Shown: positions 19,196-26,878 of the stretch, piece by piece
Layout: every line of letters starts with the position of its first letter
Position numbering within the stretch: position 1 is the first letter of the stretch
Assembly: GCA_021817455.1 (NCBI GenBank)
Contig: JAKAUW010000082.1
Coordinates: forward strand, 42,904-106,903
Direction of reading: 5' to 3'
Origin: Thermoplasmata archaeon
GTDB lineage: Archaea > Thermoplasmatota > Thermoplasmata > Thermoplasmatales > Thermoplasmataceae
Length of the DNA stretch: 64,000 nucleotides
Position numbers and translations under genes: made by a program
The notes under the pieces: generated by a model
Seen by the model: only the letters and a program-made list of their open reading frames with translations
Told to the model about the DNA's origin: nothing
Databases searched by the model: none

Positions 19196-19689
19196 ATGAG
19201 GAAAGTCTGGCAAGCAGTTGCTGTAACATTCATCGTAGCACTTATGGTTTTCAGTCCCACTTTATATTTTCTTCCCAGAGAGCTGAATCTTAAGTCCATT
19301 AAATTGGACAATCAGTATCTGCCCATCCGCAGAGACGCAATTCAAAATGGCACTCCTGAGAATCTAAGTGGCATTGGGCTCTTCCACTCCCAAAATGTTT
19401 GCCTGAATTGAATCGGAAAATTCCAGTTTGCGGTTACTCAATTGAATTCAAGGTAATGAATGTCAGTGTTTCCAGCATGAATTATACTGTAGGAAACATA
19501 ACCAGGCCATATGACATTTCCCAAAGGTTTACAGGAGGTGCACTTGACAAGTATAATGGCCCCTCTTATTTCATCTCTGCTTATATGGGTGGTCCCATTC
19601 CCATAAGTTCAGTTCCTAATGGCAATTACACCCTCGCGGTTTCAATTTCTTTGTATCAGAATTTAATCTGTTTCCCCATCCTTTTATGA
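19196..19689 (+). pseudogene. possible frameshifted gene for a small secreted glycoprotein
   Basis: A 71-aa ORF with a signal anchor (MRKVWQAVAVTFIVALMVF) stops at 19411. An overlapping 96-aa ORF in another frame (from 19399) has no signal peptide but is rich in sequons (NVS, NYT, NIT, NYT). Confidence 0.3.
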
Positions 19690-20063
19690 ATGAAGTCAAT
19701 TTCTCATTGCCTTTTATAGAAATTGAAAATTAGGGTGAGGATTTCCCATAACATCTCCTTCCCCATAGAATGAAATCGGAAATCAAGGAATGATTGAAAA
19801 CGAAGAAGTGGATACCCCTCACCGGTCGGAGTTTCCTCACGCAGAATATCAACCCGATGAGGTACTTCTGGAGAGGATTAAGAATAAATAACTCAGGTCT
19901 CTTAGCGAAAGTAAAAATCTGTCTCCTGACCAATGGCCCTTGCGGAGGAAATTTGGCAATCACAAACTTACTTAATAGAGGTAGGGCTCATCGTCTTTAA
20001 ACCAAATGGCTTTGGGAAATACAATTTGTTTATGAACGAAGTCGGACTTGTCAATGGATATCC

Positions 20064-20696
20064 TTGATGGAAGTTGAGATAGAATTCAAGGAACCCGTGG
20101 CTTGGATAAAAGATCTTGTTGAGACCCATTCCGCCAGCATAAGGATCAGGGACATAAGAATGAGCGGTGAAGGCGTCAAGGACCTGCTTGAAATATTTAT
20201 GCCCGCCGGAAAGATTGAGGGCCTTTCAACTGAAATGAAGGACAGGAAGATGGTTGACAAGGATAACGTCACAATAATGGACGATAACCATGCCACTGCA
20301 ATAGTGAACGCACATGAGTGTGCAGTGTGCAAGTCAATCCTCAAGTGGGACCTGTTCCTGACGGAGGCTTACTCCAATGATTCCGGCGACATAATAATGA
20401 AATGGCTGGTTCCAGACGAAAGCACTGTGAGCGGTTTCCTCCAAAGGCTTGAGGAAGACGGAGTGAAGTTTGAACTGCTAAAGAAACGGGCATTATCCAA
20501 GAGGAGCGACATTACGGCAAGGCAGGAATTTGTGGTAAAAACTGCACTCGAACTGGGATTTTTTGAATATCCCAAGAAGGTAAATCTTGAGGGCCTGTCA
20601 AAAAGGCTGAACGTTTCCTATGTAACACTGGCTGAAATATTGCGCAGGGCTGAGAAAAACATTATTTCATCGTACTTCAAAAAGAAAGAGGAATAG
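20064..20696 (+). CDS. HTH_10 (bacterio-opsin activator-like) transcriptional regulator
   Basis: 210-aa ORF with a C-terminal ITARQEFVVKTALELGFFEYPKKVNLEGLSKRLNVSYVTLAEILRRAEKNI, the archaeal Bat-type HTH. Confidence 0.7.
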   Translation: MMEVEIEFKEPVAWIKDLVETHSASIRIRDIRMSGEGVKDLLEIFMPAGKIEGLSTEMKDRKMVDKDNVTIMDDNHATAIVNAHECAVCKSILKWDLFLTEAYSNDSGDIIMKWLVPDESTVSGFLQRLEEDGVKFELLKKRALSKRSDITARQEFVVKTALELGFFEYPKKVNLEGLSKRLNVSYVTLAEILRRAEKNIISSYFKKKEE

Positions 20697-20731
20697 GAAA
20701 TTTCAGGGAAAAGCCTGAAAAATCCATTTTC

Positions 20732-21199
20732 TTAGTATTTTATCTTCTGTCCCAACAGTTCCCTTTCGAATTCCAGAAGATCGCCGGCTGCGAATGCTGC
20801 CGGATATAGGATCTCTTCTTCAAGTTCCACATGGTGGATGAGTTCTTGGGCAAGCTGTTTCGCCCCTTCGTCGGGACTTGCCTTCAGTTCATCCAGGACC
20901 TGGTTAAGTTTCCTCGATATTTCCCTGTGCTCTCCGACCATCCTGTCAAAGTGGTTTTCAAACCTTGCAGATGCCAGCTTAAGATTTTCCACGTCTTTGT
21001 TTTCAAATTCTTCAAGCCTTTCCTTGTTGTATCTCAGCAGGGGAACAATGGTTTCATTTTCCTCTGCAAGGTGTGTCCTGAAGAGAGTGAGCACTTCAGA
21101 ATAGATCTGTCCAATTCTCCCGCTTCCGCGGGAAACTTCATCAAGTTCTTCAAGCAACATTTCATGTTCGTGATCCAGAATGCTGTGTTTTTCTGTCAT
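20732..21199 (-). CDS. hemerythrin-like (HHE cation-binding) protein, paralog 1
   Basis: Start taken at the ATG at 21199 (MTEKHSILDHEHE). Two HxxxE motifs (THLAEE, HHVELEE). Paralogous to the ORF at 24736-25158. Confidence 0.65.
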   Translation of the reverse strand: MTEKHSILDHEHEMLLEELDEVSRGSGRIGQIYSEVLTLFRTHLAEENETIVPLLRYNKERLEEFENKDVENLKLASARFENHFDRMVGEHREISRKLNQVLDELKASPDEGAKQLAQELIHHVELEEEILYPAAFAAGDLLEFERELLGQKIKY

Positions 21200-21337
21200 G
21201 ATGTATGCATTGAGGAGTAGGTATTCTTGGTTATCCCGTAATATGTTGGGATCAGGTTGTAAGCATGTGCAATAGAGCATGAAATGCAGTGTCTGCAGAA
21301 AAAAAGCCCTGGAAAAAATGATTTGGTGGGGAAAAGA

Positions 21338-21841
21338 TCAGTAATTGTCCTGGAATGTCTGCTTCTCAACGTTGGTTGTTTTCCGTGTGGTGGCAACCAG
21401 TACAAGATTCATAAGATGAAGCGAAACTGAGACCATGATAGCGATTAGTCCAAACAGTGCCACTGGCTTTCCGTAAATGACAGGAATTGCCCCGGAAAAA
21501 CCAAGGAAGAATGCGATTACCCCTATGTTGAGGAGTACATATTCCTTCTTTACCGTGCTGTTCATGAAGGCACTGCTTCTCGAAAGCCCGGAGGAAAACA
21601 TGTATGAGAGACCGAATATGATCATGGCCACAAAGCCAAAGAGCCAGAGGACAAAAATTGCATCCCTCTCAAGGTTCATGATACCAAGCATTGCAAAAAG
21701 GAAGAAGACTAACCCTGCAAGCAGGTAAGCAAAACTCGTTGCAATGAACCTCAGGACCAGGGTTGAGTCTACACCCAGGGATCTTCTGCTTGTGTATGTA
21801 TGGGAATTTGAGTTGGGATTTCCGGAGTTGTGGGCCATCAC
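21338..21841 (-). CDS. 4-TM membrane protein, unknown function
   Basis: 167-aa ORF with four hydrophobic helices. Its start overlaps the stop of the upstream DUF2249-cupin gene by 4 nt. Confidence 0.5.
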   Translation of the reverse strand: MMAHNSGNPNSNSHTYTSRRSLGVDSTLVLRFIATSFAYLLAGLVFFLFAMLGIMNLERDAIFVLWLFGFVAMIIFGLSYMFSSGLSRSSAFMNSTVKKEYVLLNIGVIAFFLGFSGAIPVIYGKPVALFGLIAIMVSVSLHLMNLVLVATTRKTTNVEKQTFQDNY

Positions 21842-22470
21842 ATGAACCTCCCTCCGGATAACTTCTCGAATACTTCAACATGGTCGCTTTCATCAGGAAT
21901 GGGTGATACAATATGCAGCCCTTCCATGTCAGTAATGGCCTTTATTCCTCTCTTCTCCCCGCCGGGTATTATTACAACAGATCCTGGGAGAAGGCGTTCT
22001 TCCCTCTCTCCGAATATGCCTGTTCCGGTACCCCTGAACACAGCAAATACAAGATCGGTTCCTGGGGAATGAACTGGAATGAACTGTCCCGCCTTAATGT
22101 AAGTCAGAACGACCTTGTAGTCCTTTCCTGAGTATATTCCCACAGGGTTGAACTGTTTCTCTGAAAAATTCCTCTCCCGGTCAAAGCTGGTAACTTTTAT
22201 CCTGCTGTTTTCACCGGAAGACTCAATCCTGGTAAAGAATCCGGAATAAGTTCCGTCAGAGTTTGGATGGGAGTAGTATGCACCTGCATCAACCGGGAGT
22301 CTCTCATGGGCCATTTGCTGCAGCAGGTGGACCGGCTCATGCCCTGCAATTACCTGGAGCACCTCCCCGGGTTTCAGGGTCAAGAACTTTTCAAATATTC
22401 TGTAATGCCTCTCCTGTGGAGGGAGTTTTGTGGCATCTATTAGATTCACTGTTTCTTTTTGCGATTCCAT
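21838..22470 (-). CDS. DUF2249 domain fused to a cupin domain
   Basis: 210-aa ORF. The N-terminus IDATKLPPQERHYRIFEKFLTLKPGEVLQVIAGHEPVHLLQQM matches the DUF2249 pattern as I recall it. The C-terminus has a cupin beta-barrel block (VFAVFRGTGTGIF ... VVIIPGGEKRGIKA). Confidence 0.6.
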   Translation of the reverse strand: MESQKETVNLIDATKLPPQERHYRIFEKFLTLKPGEVLQVIAGHEPVHLLQQMAHERLPVDAGAYYSHPNSDGTYSGFFTRIESSGENSRIKVTSFDRERNFSEKQFNPVGIYSGKDYKVVLTYIKAGQFIPVHSPGTDLVFAVFRGTGTGIFGEREERLLPGSVVIIPGGEKRGIKAITDMEGLHIVSPIPDESDHVEVFEKLSGGRFM

Positions 22471-22533
22471 AATCTTATGATTGCCGGGAGAGCATCAACA
22501 AATCCCCTGTATTTTTAGGGGACCCCATGGCAC

Positions 22534-23601
22534 TCATGCTGTTGCAGTTTCTTGCAGTGGAGCCTGTGCAGGCATGATGCGCTTCAGATTGTAGGCAAAT
22601 GCCAGGATAGCAAGGATGATCACATAGCCGGATGCGTAGGATAGAATGCTGGAGTACAAGGAGAATGATATGGTGAGATCCCCTGCTATGCGCATGATGT
22701 TTGCAATTGTAATCACTATTAGAGGAAGGTAGGTAACATTATCCTGGTTGGCTTTTTTCTTAAGTGTGAGCGGAAATATTATTGGGCTGTGGGAAACGAT
22801 GAAGGTTCCAATGAAACCTAAGGCTATGGAATGAGCCGCAGGATCCAGGAACCCGTGTCCCTGTATTAGCTGAAGCATGAACAGTGCTATCCCCAGGAAG
22901 AGCCAGATGAAGGAGATGACGATCCCCTTCTGCATAAATGACTGAAGCCTGCTTTTCTTCCTCAACTTCCTGAAGGTTGGATCATAAGCCATGGAGGTCA
23001 AGATCACGGATAGGAGGATCGCAATGGAGGCCCCCGTTAATACTCTTGCAACGAATCCTGAGCCGAGTTCAGCGGATGAGAATGCGATTATGACTGAAAT
23101 CCATGACAGTATACCTAAAACCCTGATCATGGAGAGTTTCATTCCTCTGACAAACCCTAGCTCCATTCTTTCAGCTATGATATAAACAACAGGGAACAGC
23201 AGGACCAGATATGAAAACTCAGTGCTGTCAGTTATGAAATGGTTCAGGTTGGCAACAGCTGAAAGTGTCAGGGCAAACACTGCAGCCCCAAATACATTCT
23301 TTATGCCTGCCAATCCGGGGTTCCTTCTGCTCGTCATGTAGTGAAAGAATAACAGGGAGGCTGCAATTACCAGCACTAAACCAAGGTACCTGGCTGCAGG
23401 ATTGCTGATGAACATCCCGAAAGTTGCAATGTATACGCCTGAAAACAACATTAGCAATGTCAGCCGGGAAATCCTGAACTTCCTGCCTATCTTGAATTTC
23501 TCCATTAGCTCCAGCTTCTCAGTTAATAGGAAGCCCCCTATTGCACCGAATACCATTAGATCTGGATGGAAAAAAATATCCATGGCTATTGCGCTGTTCA
23601 A
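22534..23601 (-). CDS. polytopic membrane protein (10 or more TM, His-bearing helices); possibly NnrS-like
   Basis: 355-aa ORF from a TTG start. Histidines lie in or near helices (FFHPD, FFHYM, LNHFI, QGHGF, AAHSI, VSHSP). The reading frame stays open with a TM-like segment upstream to 23790. The function is inferred from context only. Confidence 0.55.
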   Translation of the reverse strand: MNSAIAMDIFFHPDLMVFGAIGGFLLTEKLELMEKFKIGRKFRISRLTLLMLFSGVYIATFGMFISNPAARYLGLVLVIAASLLFFHYMTSRRNPGLAGIKNVFGAAVFALTLSAVANLNHFITDSTEFSYLVLLFPVVYIIAERMELGFVRGMKLSMIRVLGILSWISVIIAFSSAELGSGFVARVLTGASIAILLSVILTSMAYDPTFRKLRKKSRLQSFMQKGIVISFIWLFLGIALFMLQLIQGHGFLDPAAHSIALGFIGTFIVSHSPIIFPLTLKKKANQDNVTYLPLIVITIANIMRIAGDLTISFSLYSSILSYASGYVIILAILAFAYNLKRIMPAQAPLQETATA

Positions 23602-23863
23602 TGGGAAACCATTGTTTTCAGCCAGGGCGGATATTCCAATAATGAGGCCCAGCGCAAGTGAAGCAGCTGAGCAGGCAATTCCCGCATATACTACACGCGG
23701 AGGGGATGGCTGTGGCCTTCCCCCTGTTTCATACTTGGAAAAGTTGTGAGACGTGATGCTCCTATATCCATGGATGCATAACAGTCTCCCCTAAAAATTT
23801 AGGTTGCCTGCCCAAGCAAATAATGGAATTTAGGTTCGGAAACAGGCTATGCCTGAAATTCTA

Positions 23864-24472
23864 TTATGGTGCCAGGACAACAAACTGGCCTGTCATGGAA
23901 CCTGTGGAATCCATGGAGGGGGCCCCGCAGTCACACATGCATCCCCATGTATAATTTCCAACAGTGTTGAAATATGTGTAGGCAACCTCTGTTGAAAGCG
24001 GGAGGACTGGTATATTGAGGCCTGTGCTGGTTGTGAATGTGTGGGAAATATCCCGAGCCGGAATTTCACTGATAGACTGAGCAGACTTTGATGACAGCTG
24101 CTGGGAAATTCCAGCCGCAACGCTGCCGGTGGCGAGAATGCTCCCCCCAACTACACCGCTGGCATTCTCTGCCGATGAACCAAATGGCAGGCTGGTTCCT
24201 GGATCAAAATTCACTATTGATATCCTGACCTCCTTTCCAAATGGCACCTTGATGATATTGGAAGATTCCAGCATGCCATTGCTGAGAACGTAGAAGGAGT
24301 ATATTTCGCCGGAAGCATTTGAGCCTGAGGGTTGCTTCTCTATGACTAGGTTGAGCTGGTAATAGCCTGAGTTCTGCTGGATGTTATTCTGGGCAAATAC
24401 AAAGCCTATGCTGGAGAAAAAGACCACAATGATGAATGCCACTATTAGTGCAGATTGAATTTTCTCTTTCAT
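23864..24472 (-). CDS. secreted or membrane-anchored cupredoxin-like protein with a variant CuA-type motif
   Basis: 202-aa ORF with an N-terminal anchor MKEKIQSALIVAFIIVVFFSSIGFVFA. The C-terminus DISHTF...GNYTWGCMCDCG parallels DV(I/L)HS(F/W)...G.Y.GQC.E.CG of cytochrome oxidase subunit II. Confidence 0.55.
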   Translation of the reverse strand: MKEKIQSALIVAFIIVVFFSSIGFVFAQNNIQQNSGYYQLNLVIEKQPSGSNASGEIYSFYVLSNGMLESSNIIKVPFGKEVRISIVNFDPGTSLPFGSSAENASGVVGGSILATGSVAAGISQQLSSKSAQSISEIPARDISHTFTTSTGLNIPVLPLSTEVAYTYFNTVGNYTWGCMCDCGAPSMDSTGSMTGQFVVLAP

Positions 24473-24669
24473 TCATGTCGCCACGAAAATAAATGCCTGG
24501 CGGTAAATAAATTTTCGCTGTTAAAATCTCTCTTGGAATCAGTAAATTAGCTGCTCGTTGATAGTTTTTATCATTAAATATATTACTTTGATTAAGATAA
24601 GCTTCAATGTCGCAGTGACATTTTCCAAATAGGAAGATTAAGCTGGAACAGGGAGTATATGCGCATCAG

Positions 24670-24708
24670 GGGATGCAATCCCTATGTTTTTTGGGGATAT
24701 GCATATCC
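24670..24708. promoter_or_regulatory. two adjacent palindromes upstream of the hemerythrin paralog 2 / ndh operon
   Basis: GGGAT-gca-ATCCC (24670-24682) and the perfect 14-mer GGATATGCATATCC (24695-24708), lying 28-66 nt upstream of the ATG at 24736. Confidence 0.35.
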
Positions 24709-24735
24709 TTCGCAGAGCCATTGTCGTTTCAGGTA

Positions 24736-25158
24736 ATGAAAATGGAAAACCTGAAAGCAGAAGAATATGGACACTTCATAGATGTATATGATAATGAGAA
24801 TGGTGAAAATTCGCCAAACTTCCTGGAACTAATTGGCATATTCACCAATCATGTTGGAAATGAGGAGGATCTTGTGGTACCATTGCTGGACTATCTGAAC
24901 ATGGAGGTGGATGGCCTTGAGCCAAAACCGGGGAACATTAAGCAGATCGCTCTGGAATTCTCATCACGGTTTGAGCAGATGAAGGAAGAGCATGAAGAGG
25001 CAAAGAGGGCGGTGCACAGGCTTTCAGAATTGGCGGCGGCCACGAAGAACAAGAGGGCTTATAACGTGTGGACCAGCCTGGAAAACCATGTTCTCCTTGA
25101 AGAGAGGGCATTAAGGCTCGCGGAATCCGCAGCTAAATCCATCCTTCTAAGGGAATGA
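24736..25158 (+). CDS. hemerythrin-like (HHE) protein, paralog 2
   Basis: The ATG at 24736 is preceded by AGGT. It aligns block by block with paralog 1 (IFTNHVGNEEDLVVPLLDY / LFRTHLAEENETIVPLLRY; ENHVLLEE / IHHVELEE). 4-nt overlap with ndh. Confidence 0.6.
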   Translation: MKMENLKAEEYGHFIDVYDNENGENSPNFLELIGIFTNHVGNEEDLVVPLLDYLNMEVDGLEPKPGNIKQIALEFSSRFEQMKEEHEEAKRAVHRLSELAAATKNKRAYNVWTSLENHVLLEERALRLAESAAKSILLRE

Positions 25159-26474
25159 AATTGAAGGCGAGTTCCATGAAGTCTGAAAATGGAGATAAAA
25201 CAAAGGACAAAATTGGCAAAACAAAGATAGTGGTTCTTGGAACTGGTTTTGCAGGTTCCGCATTCATGGAAGCCTTCAACAGGAAAATGCCCGTAAAAAA
25301 CCGTGATGATGTTGAACTGATTGCTGTGAACCACACCAATTACCTGACCTTTTCGCCTCTTCTCTATGAAGTCGCAACGGGCCAGGTTTATGAGCACCAC
25401 ATATCCATACCAGTATGCTGCAACATCACTGATCACGGATTCAGGTTTCTGGAAGAGGAAATCATAGAAGTCAATCCATGGAGGAATGTAGTGGAGACCA
25501 GGCACGGGAGCATCAAATACGACCATCTTGTAATTGCACTGGGAACGGAGAACAATGACTTTGGCATTGAGGGCGTAGCCGAGCACACAATGCCTTTGAA
25601 GACAATCAAGGACGGGGAGTTGATAAGGAACAGGATACTAAAGTCGTTCAGGGATGCAGTATCTGAAGAATACATGAATGGCTCTGTGGATGGCAAACTC
25701 ACTTTTGTCATAATCGGGGGTGGTGCCTCAGGAGTTGAGCTGGCTGCATCTATGAAAGAATACGTGGATGATCTCCAGCTTGATTACAGGGCGGATGCAC
25801 TTGCACCAAGAGTTGTTCTGATAGAAGCACAGGATCACCTGATGAAAGGAACAGGTGGCGATTTTTCCAACAGGCTCGAGAATTTCCTGAAGGAATCAGG
25901 AATTGAACTACTACTTAACGCAAAAGTCGCAAAGGTGACAGGTGATGAAATACTTCTTCAGGGCGGAACCGCGATCAGGACCAGCAACGTATTCTGGACT
26001 GCAGGTGTGAAGAGTAACCCCGTGGCAGCAATGCTGGGAGGAAGTCAGGTGAATAAAAAATCTGGCAGGATCATCGTGGACCGGTTCCTGAGGGTACCGG
26101 GTTTTGAAAATATCACTGTAATTGGGGATAATGCACTCATTGCTTCCACAGGACAGGGCGAATTTGTCCCACAGACTGCTGCAGCTGCAGTACAGGAGGG
26201 AAAATATGCGGGGAAAAAGCTTGCAGCAATGATTAGAGAAAGAGAAGACACTGATCCCTTCAGTTACAAAGATCCCGGAATAATGCTTTCTCTTGGCAAA
26301 TTCAAGGGACTTTGCAAGTTACGCAGTGGCATTATATTATCTGGATTCAGTGCGTGGCTAGCTTGGAGATTAATTCACCTGATCAAGATCAGCACATTCC
26401 GCAATAAGGTGGAAGTTCTTTCTGACTGGGTCTTCTCTACATTCCAGAGGAGAGATGTCATTGGTTCCCAGTGA
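25155..26474 (+). CDS. ndh: type II NADH dehydrogenase (NDH-2) / FAD-dependent pyridine nucleotide-disulfide oxidoreductase
   Basis: 439-aa ORF with two dinucleotide folds, IVVLGTGFAGSAF and FVIIGGGASGVELA, plus the late GD block VIGDNA. Confidence 0.8.
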   Translation: MKLKASSMKSENGDKTKDKIGKTKIVVLGTGFAGSAFMEAFNRKMPVKNRDDVELIAVNHTNYLTFSPLLYEVATGQVYEHHISIPVCCNITDHGFRFLEEEIIEVNPWRNVVETRHGSIKYDHLVIALGTENNDFGIEGVAEHTMPLKTIKDGELIRNRILKSFRDAVSEEYMNGSVDGKLTFVIIGGGASGVELAASMKEYVDDLQLDYRADALAPRVVLIEAQDHLMKGTGGDFSNRLENFLKESGIELLLNAKVAKVTGDEILLQGGTAIRTSNVFWTAGVKSNPVAAMLGGSQVNKKSGRIIVDRFLRVPGFENITVIGDNALIASTGQGEFVPQTAAAAVQEGKYAGKKLAAMIREREDTDPFSYKDPGIMLSLGKFKGLCKLRSGIILSGFSAWLAWRLIHLIKISTFRNKVEVLSDWVFSTFQRRDVIGSQ

Positions 26475-26680
26475 ACGGACTGGCAAATGATACAAATGGG
26501 TCATGGCAGAGGCATCTTCCCATTGATCCTTTTCAAAGTTCTTCCGCTTTCAGCAGACCGTGGTGAACGACATACCTCATGCCCTTAAGGTATTTCATGA
26601 TTAAATCAGAAGGTTCACAATACCACCATATGGATAAGTTCTCACCGGCGATTTTGCACAAATCATGACCGGCGATCACA

Positions 26681-26697
26681 CTTAGCAAATTCTTTCT
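26681..26697 (+). repeat. left copy of an imperfect direct repeat, CTTAGCAAA-TTCTTTCT
   Basis: CTTAGCAAATTCTTTCT lies in the 400-bp non-coding gap left of the AT-rich islet. It matches 33505-33524 apart from a 3-nt insertion there. Confidence 0.35.
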
Positions 26698-26878
26698 CTG
26701 AAGCATTAAAGTTCAATCTTCTCAAATTATGGTTTGAGAATGTGATCAGATACACTTTCATCCACAATTATCAGGAAAAACAACGTGTTCCCAATATAAT
26801 TTTGTTGTTCTTTTACAGAATTAATTGAACCTGTAACGTGTGAAGCCTTTTGTCTTGTTAATTTCATAAATATAAAAT

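Noticed and set aside
19389-19395. CCCAAAA near the junction of the two small secreted-protein ORFs as a -1 programmed frameshift slippery site.
   Set aside because: In the upstream frame the codons are TCC-CAA-AAT. The heptamer is therefore not in the X-XXY-YYZ register, and no downstream stimulatory structure was evident. A simple indel is more likely.
19733-19930. Long-range complementary segments GGTGAGG (19734-19740) / CCTCACC (about 19816-19822) and CCTCA/TGAGG, suggesting a structured ncRNA in the gene-poor 19.7-20.06 kb stretch.
   Set aside because: The stems are short (5-7 bp) and enclose long unpaired loops. No known RNA family signatures (RNase P, SRP, C/D or H/ACA boxes) could be placed. 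Covariation data would be needed.
26475-26878. Left non-coding gap of the AT-rich islet, searched for a tRNA-Val 3' fragment (att site), an integrase remnant or small genes. I noted the 9-nt direct repeat ACCGGCGAT (x2) and short ORFs such as MKYLKGMRYVVHHGLLKAEEL on the minus strand.
   Set aside because: There is no match to the tRNA 3' half. The short ORFs (20-33 aa) have no recognisable motifs, and the 9-mer repeat is within chance expectation.
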